The notes beneath the pieces are model-generated. The model saw only the letters and a list, made by a program, of their open reading frames with translations, was not told the DNA's origin and did not search any database. From Negaprion brevirostris (lineage: Eukaryota): a DNA stretch of 64,000 nucleotides. Where the stretch lies: assembly GCA_030324005.1 (NCBI GenBank), contig JARDVH010000115.1, positions 12,423,605-12,487,604 of the forward strand, written 5' to 3'. Position numbers and translations under genes: made by a program. Within the stretch, counting starts at the first letter, position 1. Every line of letters starts with the position of its first letter. Shown here piece after piece: positions 24,942-37,950 of this stretch.

Positions 24942-27358
24942 ACTCTAATAGTTATTTTAAAAATACTCAATGCACCATATTCATTTTCACATATTAAATG
25001 TTTGTTAAACCTTTTTTTGATGTTTAAAATTATAAATGAATGTTCTGTGGACAGATTGCAATTCTGTAGGAATAGTAGGAATGATTTATGATGGAATGAT
25101 ATTGCATGTCAGAGATTTTACAGCTAATTCATATTTTGAGTGAACGTACTAACATTGCTAAGTCATCACTGGTCATTATTTTGTTAGGGAAGCAACTTCA
25201 TAATTTGGATTTAAACAAGCATAAAATTGGGAGTTACGCTGAAAGAAATCTCAAAGATTGCTTGGTGCTGGAGCTGGAAATGTTAGGATTGCTCATCTGT
25301 GATTGCTGCTGAAGCAAGTCAAGAAACTTGTAACAGATGCTGCTCTTAACTGGGGAGTGCTTCACAATTGAGGAGCAGGATGAAATATTTAATTGCACAC
25401 CATTTACAGTTTTTATCCTGATCACAAAATTGCACTGTCCAAAAGGAGACTACTGCAGCAATGTTATTTCCCATCCACTCCGTAAATGCATTGTTTTTTT
25501 CAATAGTTCTTGGTTTTTTTTGCATAAATGTTGCAGTTTCTTCAGCAGAATTACTTAAATTATAATGATGTGAGAGTATTTGATCTTAACTTCCCGTAGT
25601 TTCTGGTGACTGTAGTAGCAGGCTTCATGTTGACAGCATTAACATGTATTCCTGGAATTTATTTTTGTTATCAAAGCTTGTATTGTTTTGCAGTTAAATA
25701 ATTTCAGAAAATGTTGCGGATAATGAAGGCGGGCAATCGGGTACTGCATCTTGAAAGCTAGAGACAAGCCTTCATATCCCAGAACTAATTTGGAGAATTC
25801 AGGCTATCTAAATTACAAAATTATTTCCATAATGCATAAATCTAGAAGTATATCGTTTGCTTCAAGCCTTGGGCATAAATTTGCTATATGAAAATGCTGT
25901 GTTTATACCTGCAGTAAGCCTATTTAGAGTTTCCTATTGCCACACCCTGTACCAGATTCCCTGCTTTTTCATACTCTGCTCCCTTTATCACCCCCCTTTC
26001 CAAACTGCTTAACTAAAATTAGGGACATTAAAAGCCCCTTTGCATTAGGGACATGAGTCTCTATGCGCCATCCTACTATGTAGCATGATGTTAGTCCAGT
26101 CCTCCAAGCATTGCACTATGGGACCAGGTCACTTCTTGGGTGAAAATAAAGCAGTATCTTTCAAACCAAACACTGCTTCCTCCACTGTGGAATTACTTCC
26201 TGCTCTGAGAATTAAGCTGGCTTTAAGATGAATAAATGTGCACAACTTTTTCATCCTGTACAGTGTCCAGGTCTACAGCCAGTATTAGGATTAGAATGAA
26301 AATAGGGTTGGGAAACATATTCACCAAGTCCGGTATTATTTGAACAAACAATTTTGCTATACAGAAATATTCCTACAGCACTTGCTGAACTGAGAATATT
26401 TTTAAGTGGTGATTAGCTGTAAACTACTATCTGACATGCAATGTTCTTCTCACGTAGATGAATTATATTTGTACAAATTGATGAAGTAGTTAAAAGTCAG
26501 TCCTGAAATACAAATAAGGGTAACAACCTTCTCTTCCTACGGAAAGATATTTGGCAATCAGCAGGGATTTGTCAGTCTTGCACTGTGGTCGTAAGTATAC
26601 AGTATATGTAAAGATTGAAAATGACAGGCTGGGTGGGAGGAATTGACACTTGGGAGTTGTATTTGATGGTGCGAATGCTGGTGGAAGAAGGTGTAGTAAT
26701 GGGAGAAAGTTAGCATTAAATTTGAGCTTACAAGGTAAGTATGTCCTCTTTGTCGTTACTAATGTTAACTGAAAATGATCCATATCCCCAGCTGTCATTC
26801 TTTCTCTTGAACACAGATGTACACAATACAGAAATGCTGCTCCCACAGATTCACACAGTCTTGCACGTAATCAATATTACTTCCCTCAAGCTACACAACT
26901 TCTAAATATTGATACATGGTTTGGTCCATGTTTTTACTTGTGACACAATCTAATCTGTTGCAGTCATGGCCATGGGAGATGGTTAGATGTATGTGTGCTT
27001 TTTTTAAATTATCTGCACCGCAGTGCGGTCACTGGGAGGAAGGAAGTCAACCTGTGAGTGAGAAATAGATCTGTTAACGAAAAAAGTGCAAAGAATTAAT
27101 TACGTGAGAGTTACTGAGGACTTGCTGCCATGCAAACTCAATCTTTTATGTGCCAACTGGATGCACTGACATGTTGGTTTATATTTAATTGTACTGTTTG
27201 ATCCTTTCCCAGTTGGTGCTTTTCCTGATGTGACTTTCATGACACTTGGGATGTTTAGTGTTGACTTACACCACTCAGTTATTAAAATTCCAAAGAGATC
27301 AACATTTATGAGCAGTAATGAGACAGTAAGTTGGAATGATGCAAAGGAGAAATTGCTA

Positions 27359-27420
27359 TGTAATGGTTATATTAAAAACAAAAATAAATGTATGTAACTG
27401 TTCAAATTCTCTTGTAGCTG
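27359..27420 (+). promoter_or_regulatory. Candidate distal poly(A) signal region of DLST
   Basis: TGTA (27359), ATTAAA (27371-27376) and AATAAA (27383-27388), followed by a T/GT-rich tract; proximal AATAAA also at 26145 and 26231. Confidence 0.45.
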
Positions 27421-29144
27421 CTTTAGGTGCTTGGGAACAACGAACCATTCAAAAGAGGAGGTGGGAGAGGATCCTTTTCTTTTGCTTGTCACCCTTCGTT
27501 CTTTCTACTACTTAGAAATCCTACGTGGTGTTTACATGAGCTTGAATTTTCTTTGGGGGGTGACCCATTAGATGCAGTTATGCTGTGTGCCATGATTCTG
27601 CTACATGTCTATTTCAGTCTTCTAGAAAAGAACTGGTTAGTGCCAATTGAAGGGTTTCTGGATCAGCCTGGTAAGTGGAAGAACTCCCCATTTTTCATCC
27701 CTTGTAAGGCGATTAGCATAGTGGGGCAGCAACTTTGCTAAGAACTGGGACCTGTTTTTGGGAGTTTGTGCATTTGATGTATTGCTGAAGGTCAGGAGGC
27801 CAACTGAGATGAAACTTTACTGGCTGCAGATAGGTGAGAAGTCTCACAACTTTACTGGCTGAAAATGGGTGCACACGGGCATTGTAAATAAATGGATGTG
27901 TTTAGGAGGTATATATAGTGAGATCTGATTTTTGTGACTTGAGGAAAAAATGCTTTTTCTGCAGGTGTAGAAGTTTTTATGTAGGCTTCCCAGCTCCCCC
28001 GTCCTCCTAATATCCTTGTGCTAAAGATGCTATCTTGTAAATCACTAAACCATACAGATCTGAAGCTTCTAATTGTGCTCTCTTAAACTATCTAATCTCA
28101 GCTGGTAAGCAGGGAGTGTGACATTTGTCCTCAATGCAGTTGGCTTGGGAGTGGGGAAAAAAGGCCAGTTTAAAGTTCCTCTTGATCTGTATTTATAGTA
28201 TTGATGAAATACAGCACAGCAACCAGTCATACTGGCATTCTAAGCCCTGCTTTTGAAAGTGTACCCACAGAGAACAGCTGCATTTGATTTTGGCCACTTT
28301 CTGCTGTAAATTGGATAGCTGAGACATGGATACTTGACTGTGACACTGGAGGACAAAAGAGGAGAAAAACTGGGTTACTGTTCCTTCCTGCTTGTATTGT
28401 ACAAAGTGTCTTTGCAGTAGCGAAAGCAGTAACTTTCCTTCCTCCCATAATCTTTTCATACGTGAATGTATGCTTGGCAAATTGCACATATTTGGTCTGG
28501 TACGCTAGATTTATATGCCAGTCCTTAAGGACTGTGTGTTCGTGCTTCAAGGTGCTCAAGTCTGATTCATGCAATCTACGTTGATTGAGACAGTGTTAAA
28601 TAAATACAAAAGTGTGCTCTGATTAAGGGCTGCAATGCGAACATGCCTTTCTCTCACTTGCCTGAATGGTGCAGGGTTTTTTGGATTTCAAATTTTCAGC
28701 ATTCATGTGTTTACACACTTGTTTATTTAGTCTTCAGTCAGCTGATGTTAACATTTCATACTTTGGTGGGGTACGTTAGTCAAGATTAAAAGTTAATTTA
28801 CCCACCTCCACTGCCCTCTGCACTCCTATCCTGCCCCCACTGGAAGATGTCTGAGGAAAGCTAACTCCAACCAATTGCTTCATGGTATAAACTTAGACTG
28901 GAATTATACCAACAGCCATGTGCTACTGAAAATTAATTCTTGGGCTGAAATAAATGCTGAACTTATCTCGCATTGAAACCTCCAGCAACTAACTTGCTTT
29001 CATGGCATTTTTCTAAAGTTACTATGATTAACCCTCAGGAATCCTGTGCTTTAATACACCAGTCTGAGTCACAACCTTTTTTGCAAGGTGACGCTGAACT
29101 ATGGCAAAACTTTGGAAGCAAAAAGTTTTCTTCCTTAACCCACT

Positions 29145-29180
<36 letters not shown>

Positions 29181-30936
29181 CGGGNNNNNNNNNNNNNNNN
29201 NNNNNNNNNNNNNNNNNNNNNNNNNNNNNNNNNNNNNNNNNNNNNNNNNNNNNNNNNNNNNNNNNNNNNNNNNNNNNNNNNNNNCCCCCCACACCAGCAA
29301 AAACATGTCAAGTGCATGCAGCTGTGATGATGAACTGAACCATTTTTTAAAAATGACACAAGGTATTCAAATGAATCCTTTTGTCTTGTCGCTAGAGTCC
29401 ACACTGCTTCACACACACAATGAATTGGCAGATAAAGAAAGAGTCGCCATTCATTAGGCCCAATATAGAGATGAATGCTCAATCTGCATAAGAATAGTAG
29501 TTCTGATATGGACATGTGGAATTAACAATATGTTTTTAGCTATTTCAATTTCAGCCTCTTCAGGTTCCATTAGCAAGGGGGTGGTAATTAATGTGGTTGT
29601 TGCTGCTTAAGGTGTTTTTGATACTAATTATTTATTTATACATCTGCGTTCTTTCAGAATTTGGCACCAAGGTGGAATATTGCATAACCCATTTCTTTTT
29701 AAAAAGAAACAACCTAATAATTCTGTTTTCATGTGCACTTCTGTAGAAAGTATCTGGTTCTGTTCCTGCCAAATAGAAGATGCACAACAATAGCTGTGAA
29801 ATTGTTTGCAGTTAGTACTAAAACCTGGCATTATGCAAAGTTTAATTTTGTTGCAACAAGGTGAACAGAGGCCTTTCATCTCTTTTAATCCAGATGAGAA
29901 TTCATCCACAGCAAACAAGATAAAGGTCTTGCTTTGCTAAAGTGATACAATGATCCTTCATCTCTCAGAATGGGCTTTGGGGCACTGATCCTTAATCTCT
30001 CAGATCTAAAAATGGAATGGAGATCTGTTTGATTAGATGGTATATTGGGTTTTGGGGATATTGTCCTTTCATCTCAAACCTGGAATTCAGATCATTTAAT
30101 TTCAGACAGATGGTCTCTTTCTGATGGGGGGAGGAGAGTCTGGTGGCACAATGTTGTTCTTATGGTACCTTGGTTCACCAATGCAAAGGGAAGAACTCAG
30201 ATTCCAAATCACATGCAAACTTTCTCCGAACTAGTTAACTAATTATAAGTCAGTAACATGAAATCACCCATAACATTGTTTTGCTGTTGACTGCACAACG
30301 TTAGAGGAGGAGGAGAATGGAAAACAAATTGGAAAAGTTGTTCATCAAAAGTGCTCAGTTTGGTGGAAAATAAACTTAAGACCTTGAAAGATTCCAGAAA
30401 TTATATTTACTTAGTCTTGCATGGGATTTGAACATTTCCAGCAAGACCAAGATTTTTGTTCATCTCTTGCCCTGAGTGGTTTGCGAGGCCATTTCAGGGC
30501 AATTGAAGATTGCCAGACCAGGTAAGGAGGACAGATGGGTTTTTACAACAATTGATAGTTAACTAACTTTCAATCCCAGATTTTTAAAACCATTGAATTT
30601 AAATTTCACTAGTTGCTGTGAATGATATAAAGGCCATCTTCATTTCATTAGGAAGGCCTGACCACTGGAGTCTCCTGGTAGAAAGAACTCTGCAACTTCC
30701 TTTCAAATTCTTAATGGTTAGGACATTAACAATCTCAGGAACCCAGAGAAAAGAACATACACCCTTTGTCAAGTCCAAAGTGAAGAGGTAGGACTTGCAT
30801 GGCATCTCTCCCCATACTAGCTGGAGGAACCTGCAATATTGCCATCTTCCATCTAGTAAGTAATAGTTCAGGAAATGACTAGCCAGGTTACTGCTATCAC
30901 CATTGTTTCAACTGGGACTCTACATCAGAAAATGGA

Positions 30937-31177
30937 CATGATGTGGATATGCCGGTATTGGACTGGGGTAAACAGTTAAAAAGTCTGACAACACCAGGTT
31001 TAAGTCCAACCGATTTATTTGACAGTAAACTCACAAGCTTGAGGTTTCCCCTCTTCAAGTGAGCTTACAAGCTTTTAAGGTTTCCCTCTTCACTTGAAGA
31101 GGGAAACCTTAAAAGCTTGTGAGTTTACTGTCAAATAAATCAGTTGGACTTAAACCTGATGTTGTCAGACTTTTTAC
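30937..31177. mobile_element. Fold-back (inverted-repeat) Penelope-like element with 12-bp flanking direct repeat
   Basis: Arms 30978-31040 / 31113-31176 are near-perfect reverse complements; inner perfect 26-bp stem 31067-31092 / 31095-31120; TCAGAAAATGGA at 30925-30936 and 31178-31189. Confidence 0.75.
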
Positions 31178-31714
31178 TCAGAAAATGGAATCATCAGTTT
31201 TCAGTCTGCTGCCCTCTGAAGACCTACAATATTAGACTTTGATTCTGTACAACCTAGAACAATAGTTTGTTTTGTACTCTTTGCCCTGTAGATCTCTCTC
31301 TTAAACCCATTGTGTGAATGCACTAGGGGCTGTGTACAGTGCATATCTGTATCTAAAGCAGAATTTTGTATGTATGGGTGTGTATAATTGTGCGAATGGC
31401 TGATATTTGATGTATATCAGTGTGGATGCATGATTTAGTAAAGCTAAAGGAAGTCTGCATATCCATTCCTCAATTAAATTTAATCATAGTAGGAATAAAG
31501 ACAGCAGCAGAGTTTTGAGATTTAGGCCTGAGGGACCTTTAGAAAATGCATTGTCTTATCTGATCAATATTGACAGGCAACTTAAAATGTATAACCTAGG
31601 CATCAATAATTGTAGAAAAATTAGAGGGGAGTTAAGAAATTCTTNNNNNNNNNNCAAGCTTTGACGTTAGTTAAAATGTAGAAACAACATTTTAACTTGC
31701 CTGGCATTGTAATA

Positions 31715-31990
31715 AACATAAGATAGGAGGAGGCTATTTGGTCCCTCAAGCCTGCTCTGTCATTCATTACTATCATGGCTGATTGTCCAATGCAATAGCC
31801 TATTCCTGCTTTCTGCCCAGTAACCTTTGATCCCATTCGCCCCATGTGCTATATCTAGCCACCTCTTGAATACATTTTAATGTTTTATAATCAACTACTT
31901 TCTGTGGTAATGAATTCCACAGGTTCAGTCTATGGGGTGAAGAAATGTCTCCTCATTTGGCCTACCCTGAATCCTTAGACTGTAACTCCT
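31715..31990 (-). mobile_element. CR1 LINE 3' end
   Basis: cataagataggagg...tcaagcctgctctgtcattca...gaattccacaggttca, characteristic reverse CR1 tail. Confidence 0.7.
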
Positions 31991-32390
31991 GGGGAATGAA
32001 CCAAGGACCTTTAGCTATTTGGTCTAACACATTTTAGATTTACAAAGGAGTTGCACATAAGCAAGTTTTTTTCTCCCAACAGATTTTTTTTTGCATCCAG
32101 TGTCAGCATCAGCTTATCTCTGCAACATTAACCCCCAGCCCCTCAGCTTTGGAGCAAGTCAACTGTATTGTTGAGTAAAACTCCAATGATGCACCTGACC
32201 CAAATCAGTAACAGTGTGACTCTGTATAGTGCCTTCAATGTAGTAAGACATCCCAAAATACTTCACTGCAAAAAATAAACAAAAGTTGATTCTAACCCAC
32301 AAAAGCTTGATCCAAGAGGTGGCTATTAAAGAGCATCTTAAAAACTAGAGTCACTTTGTCAAATGTCTATCAGTGACACTTCCATTTTTA

Positions 32391-32520
32391 TGATGTGGAG
32401 ATTGGACAAGGATGGGCACAATACCAGGTTAAAGTCCAACAGATTTATTTGGAAGCACAAGCTTTCAGAACACTGCTCCTTCATCTTCCACTTACCTGAA
32501 GGAACAGCACTGCTTCCCTT
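32391..32520. mobile_element. Second, more decayed Penelope-like inverted-end fragment
   Basis: gatgtggaga...accaggttaaagtccaacagatttatttggaagcacaagctttc...ctgctccttcatc, same family as 30937-31177. Confidence 0.6.
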
Positions 32521-33759
32521 TTTAGGCCCAGTTGTTATGATGCTCAGAGTGAGATCATATTTGGTTCCAATGTGTACAGAACTGTAGTTAATTTATATGT
32601 TGCAAACTCAGAATTTGAAACTTATCCAGATTTAATCATGTTNNNNNNNNNNNNNNNNNNNNNNNNNNNNNNNNNNNNNNNNNNNNNNNNNNNNNNNNNN
32701 NNNNNNNNNNNNNNNNNNNNNNNNNNNNNNNNNNNNNNNNNNTTGACTATCTACATCTAGTAGCAGGTGTGCAGTGTTGACTCTGGGATCAAATTTAAGT
32801 GCCAGACCTCATAGCACAAGTCACCCAACTCTATAGGATCAACATTTCTTTATGCTTTGGTGTTTCTGAAAACTGAATTATTAGGCTGTTTCCTAAAACG
32901 TGTTATGCAATATTCCACCTTGGTGCAAAATTCTTAGCACACGTGAACACCTTTTACGTGGAACGTGACTAAATGCATACTTTGGTGTCTTAATGATCCT
33001 GGCTGGAGAAATAAGGTCCCACAATTTTATGACACTTCAACAGCAAATTTTAATGAATTACTAACATATATTCATGAACAAATTTTCAGAAGATATGAAA
33101 GAGAAATGAATTTTGTAATTTTAGGATGTCTCAAAACATGACTGACATAATGAAGCACCTTTTCAGTCAAAGTTGTAATATAGAAACAATTTCAACACAT
33201 GCTCCTGCAAATGGCAATGTTATAATTTTACAATAATGACTGAGGAATATATTCTGGTCTGGACAGCATGGATAATACTTGAATAGCACCATGGACCTTT
33301 TAATGTTCAACTGAGAAGGCAAATGGGGGCCACTTAATGTCTGACCAGTGCACTGGTGTGTCAGCTGAGATTGTTCATGGTTTTGGGGTGAAATGAATTA
33401 GAATGAGCAATTTGCTGATTTGGCATAATATCTGAGTCTAGAATGAGGTTCTCAGTTATTATAGGCCACCTTGTATGGAAAACAATTGAAAAGGAAGCAG
33501 ACATGTGACTATTACACTCAAGGCTGTGCAATGCTGTCAGAAATCCAAAACACAAGAAAATAGCAGGAGCTACACGCAAGGACAAATCTGTCAGCAATGG
33601 GAAGGTTTGCCTTCATAGCACTTTCTGGGGGAAGGTACACTTCTCAGTCACATGGGGCAATTATTATTCATTATTCTAACAACCAACATGTGTTCAGTGA
33701 TGTAAATGCATGAATGACTGCCACAAAGGAAAATTCATTCAAGATTGGAAAAAAAAAGT

Positions 33760-34170
33760 GGGGTGAAATCTTATCAAAAATGGCAGTGTGTTTTTGGACT
33801 GAATCTTATACGTCTTAGTAATAATTTTTATGCTCAAGTTATTTTGCCACACCTGGATTTTCCCACCCTGCAATGACTAGCTGCTGCAAGCTCCATATAA
33901 ATGATTCCCCACTACTTGTTCCATAAAGACTGTCGGAAATGGCATGCAAAAAAGCAGCACTGCACTTTGAGGGGGTCCTCATCAAGATGCTGGTTGAGTT
34001 AGAGCAGAGGCAAGACACCCTCTATCCCTGCTGCAGAAGATGGCCTTCCAGCAGAGTCATCACTCCTAGCCTGACATGCAGTGTCATCCCTGGTTAGTGC
34101 AAGTGTACTCCAGAAGAGGATGGTGTAGCAGTGTCCAAAGGATGAACTTCACTCAGCCAGGGTAAGAGAA
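33760..34170 (+). mobile_element. Harbinger-type DNA transposon remnant encoding a frameshifted Myb/SANT-like domain
   Basis: From ATG 33939: MACKKAALHFEGVLIKMLVELEQRQDTLYPCCRRWPSSRVITP, then frameshift A*HAVSSLVSASVLQKRMV*QC..., then a gtaaga donor. Confidence 0.55.
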
Positions 34171-35319
34171 CAGCCCCCATTCTCCCACTAGACTCTTCCT
34201 CACCCACCCTCCTCAACCATATTGGCCCTTGCCAACACCAGGCAAATCTTCCCACACCCCCAAGCTCAATGTGTTCCTCAAACTCCTGTTCCCACCCAAG
34301 CCCCACATGACCAAGAGGGAGCATGTGGGATTGACAATGTGCAAGCTCTTTTGTATTCCTGAATACTTAGTGCAAGGGGAGCAGTTGCATGGGAACACCA
34401 TCACCTCCCAAATACCCCTTCAAATTAAACACCATATTGATTCAGACATGGTAATATAGCAATAGCAAACAATGGCAGTATTCATTAACTCATTGCATAA
34501 CAGCACTATGGAATGCCTTCATTCAGTTAGGATAACAGCAGTTCAACAAAGTGCATGTTTCTTGTAAGGAAAAGGAACTCATTAATAGGGCGATTTGGAA
34601 ACTTGAATAGATAAAGTAGGGACTTGCCTGTCATCAGATTCAATAATTTTCTCTCTCCATCTTTTGAAAAGAGAGAGTCAGTCAGCAGAAATAATGATTA
34701 GAATGTAATAAAACATGAATGAGCAGTTAATGACAGGAAAAGGAGAAAGTTTCAGGATCTAGCAGCCCCCAGAGTCAGACCTGTCCATTGATGTGTGTCA
34801 TTGAATTGCTATGAATGGATGAAAAGTGAGCAGTGACCTCTGCTGGTAAAGGAACATGATTTTGATGCCTTCTTGGGTTTTTCAGTTTGTTAACAACAGT
34901 GTGTGACTCAACAAGGTTCAAAATTATAGAAGAGAATTTGAGGTAAATCAAGGTGCCAAAGTTGGGTGCTGTCAGATGTTGCAAACCACTGGGGGGAGTG
35001 CAAAGGTCTGTGGAAGTTACAATAAGAAGAGTTTTAAGTATCTTGAGTTCAACAGAGTGATCAAAATGAGAGGTGGTTGTGGGGCGGGGGCTGTCGAGAA
35101 AGAGTCTGTAAAACATTTAGTTTCAGTATAGGAGAAAAAGGAGGAAAGGAGCATTGACCACATCAGTATCAAATAGTAACAAAGTAAATTAATAGAGAGA
35201 GCAAGAAACTGGAAGTCAGGCTGAGAGAGGAATCATATTTTCTCAAATTCTATACTAAAAAGAGCAGACTTGGCCTCATTAGAAAATTAAGTTTCCAAAT
35301 GTATGCATGAATTGGGAAG

Positions 35320-36860
35320 ACTTGGCCAATTGGCTCCTTGAGCCTGTTGCACTATTCAATAAGATCATGGCTGATCAGATTGTGACCTCAACCTCACATT
35401 CTACACACCTGATTTTGAGGCAAATCAAACAATGAAAATAAATGAAATAAACTGAGGGACAAATTAAAGGGATAGCCCCTTAAATGGGATAGTGCCTTAA
35501 ACAAAAAAAGCTTACAAATGAAACTGGAAACATCAAACCAAAACATGACTAAGAGGGTTGATAAGGCACCCATCTCCCTGCAGTCCCATGAAAGAATTCT
35601 TAAGAAAAAAAATCACCCAATGGATACAGGCCAAGCCTATCCAACTTTTGAAAGATAACAGGTAGGAATCAGTTGAATGAACCTTCCCTGAACTGCTTTT
35701 AATGCATTTATATCCTTTATTAAATAAGATGACAAAACTGTATACAGTACTCAAATGTCCTATACCACTGTAGCCAAACATCCCTGCTTTTATAAAGGCA
35801 AATTATGGATACTGGAATCTGAAACAAAAACAGAAAATGTTGGAACTTCTCAGCTGGTCCAACAGCATCTAGAGAGAGAGAGAGAGAAAAGAACGAACAT
35901 TTTCTGTTTTTAATTCTTGCTTTTATATTCCATTCCCCTTGCAATAAATGGCAATGTTCCATTTGTCCTCCTAATCACTTGCCGTACATGTAACACATCC
36001 TGATTCAGGTATCAGGACACCCAGATCCTCTGCATCTCAGCATTCTGCAATCTCTCACCATTTAAACAATATGCTGCATTTCTAATCTTCCTGCGAAAAA
36101 AGAAATCACATTTACCAACATTATCCTCCATCTGCCAATTTATTGCCCACCCACTTATGAATGTCCCTTTGCAGATTCATTTTTTTTCTTCAACTTACTT
36201 TCCTGCTTATCTTTCACTCATCAGCAAATTTAGCAACCATATTACTGGTCCCTTCATCCAAAGTCATTGACATAAATTGTAAATATTTGAGGTCCCAAGT
36301 GCTCACCCTATGACACTCTACTCATCACATATTGCCGACCCAAAAAAGACCAATTTATTCCTACTCTCTCCCTGTTAGCTTATTAATGCTAATATGTTAC
36401 CTCCCACACCATGAGCTATTATTTTACATACTGACCTTTGATATGGCACCTTGTCAAATGGCTTCTGGAAATCTAATTTCAGATTCCCCTTTGTCCATGC
36501 TGCTTGTTACTTGCTCAAAAAATTCCAATAAATTATGAAAGCTGATTTACCAAAACCATGTTTGACTCTGATGGCCCAGTATAGCCTCCTGAATAACAGG
36601 TTCCAACAGATGTGAAGTTAACAGTGCTTTCCGTCTCTTTCCGTTCTTGAACACAGGAATCAAATGCACCATTTTCCAATCTGATGGGACTTTTCCTGAA
36701 TCTAGGGAATTTTAGAAAATCAAAACCAATGCATCTATAAACTCAGCAACCATTCTTTCAAGACCCTAAGATCCACAAGTCTCCGACAGCAAACATCTTA
36801 ACTTCAATCCTAAAGGTTTGACCCTTTATTGTGAGACTCTGATCCTAGCTCTAGACTCTC
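35320..36860 (-). mobile_element. Decayed CR1 LINE (interrupted by a Penelope-like end at ~35793-35900)
   Basis: Reverse CR1 3' tail at ~35320-35400; RT remnants (catcagcaaattt = KFAD reversed; tcctccatctgccaatttattgcccac). Confidence 0.7.
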
Positions 36861-37234
36861 CACCTTAGCATCTACCCAGTCAGGTAAACATAGGCAAGGA
36901 AACCTCTTGCTGATTGCCACATGCAGTCCTCTTTCAATTGATGAATTAGTCCACCATTTGGAAAAAGCACTGAGCATAGCAAGGACACAGAATGTAACAA
37001 GGTGGATCCTATCACCGAGAGGGGCTCAGTAGCATCACTACTGACTGAACTCCTGAATGACACATCTGCCAGTCTGGGCCTGCAGCAGATTGAAAGAAAA
37101 CTAGCAAGAGGAAAGAACCAACTTGATCTAACTCTCAACAGATGCCTGACACTGGGAGGCAGCAGTGCTAACCATTAAATAGTGTAAAGTAGTGTAAATG
37201 AGAGCATAAAATTAAAAATGAAATTAAAGATATC

Positions 37235-37490
37235 GGCTGGGATTCTCCCAGAAAGATTCCAAGTGCTGAATTTGCATAAAAACTGGAGTAGATACCACTG
37301 ATTATTTTCAGCGGGATTTTCAAAATGAATCTCCCACACTGCACTGCAGAGAGCCTCAGTGTGAGTCATGTTGAAAATCCAAGGGAGGGCCTATTCCCAT
37401 CTGAGAGGCTGGCAGCGTAGATGCATGTGCAGCAGCCTGCTCAGCACTGTCAGTGCTGAGTTTGGCATATGTGCAATGGCCCCACACTAC
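37235..37490 (+). mobile_element. Putative non-autonomous DNA transposon (Harbinger-like end GGCTGGGATTCTCC)
   Basis: Abrupt GC-richer block that begins with a terminus typical of shark MITEs (recalled); second TIR not seen. Confidence 0.4.
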
Positions 37491-37686
37491 CCAGAACAAG
37501 AGGTCATAGTTCTATAATAAGGGGTAGCAGACTTAAAACAGACGAGGAGAAATTACTTCTCTCAAAGGGTTGTGAATCTGTGGAATNNNNNNNNNNNNNN
37601 NNNNNNNNNNNNNNNNNNNNNNNNNNNNNNNNNNNNNNNNNNNNNNNNNNNNNNNNNNNNNNNNNNNNNNNNNNNNNNNNNNNNNN

Positions 37687-37950
37687 ATGGATTTGGGCCA
37701 GTGTCTGTGGGAGTTTGCGCATTCTCCCCATGCTTGCGTGGTTTTTCTCCAGGTGCTCCGGTTTCCTCCTACACCCCAAAGATGTGCTACTTAGGCTGAT
37801 TGGAGGTAATAAATTGTCCCTAAATTAGTTTCCCACAATGTGGATGGCCATAATCATAGATAAGGGTCATGGGTGGAGGCGGGGGAACTGGTAATGTTAA
37901 AATGGCGGCATGGGCTCGTTAGGCCGAAGGGCCTGTTTCTGTTCTTTGTA
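37687..37950 (+). mobile_element. HE1-like SINE (5' end lost in gap) with CR1-derived tail
   Basis: gtgtctgtgggagtttgcgcattctcccc...ggtgctccggtttcctcc...ggccgaagggcctgtttctg. Confidence 0.75.

Noticed and set aside
29145-29290. 36-nt poly-G run (poly-Gly/poly-Pro ORFs, apparent G-quadruplex)
   Set aside because: It abuts a 100-N gap, so its length is unreliable and may be a sequencing or assembly artefact; the ORFs exist only because of the homopolymer and the Ns.
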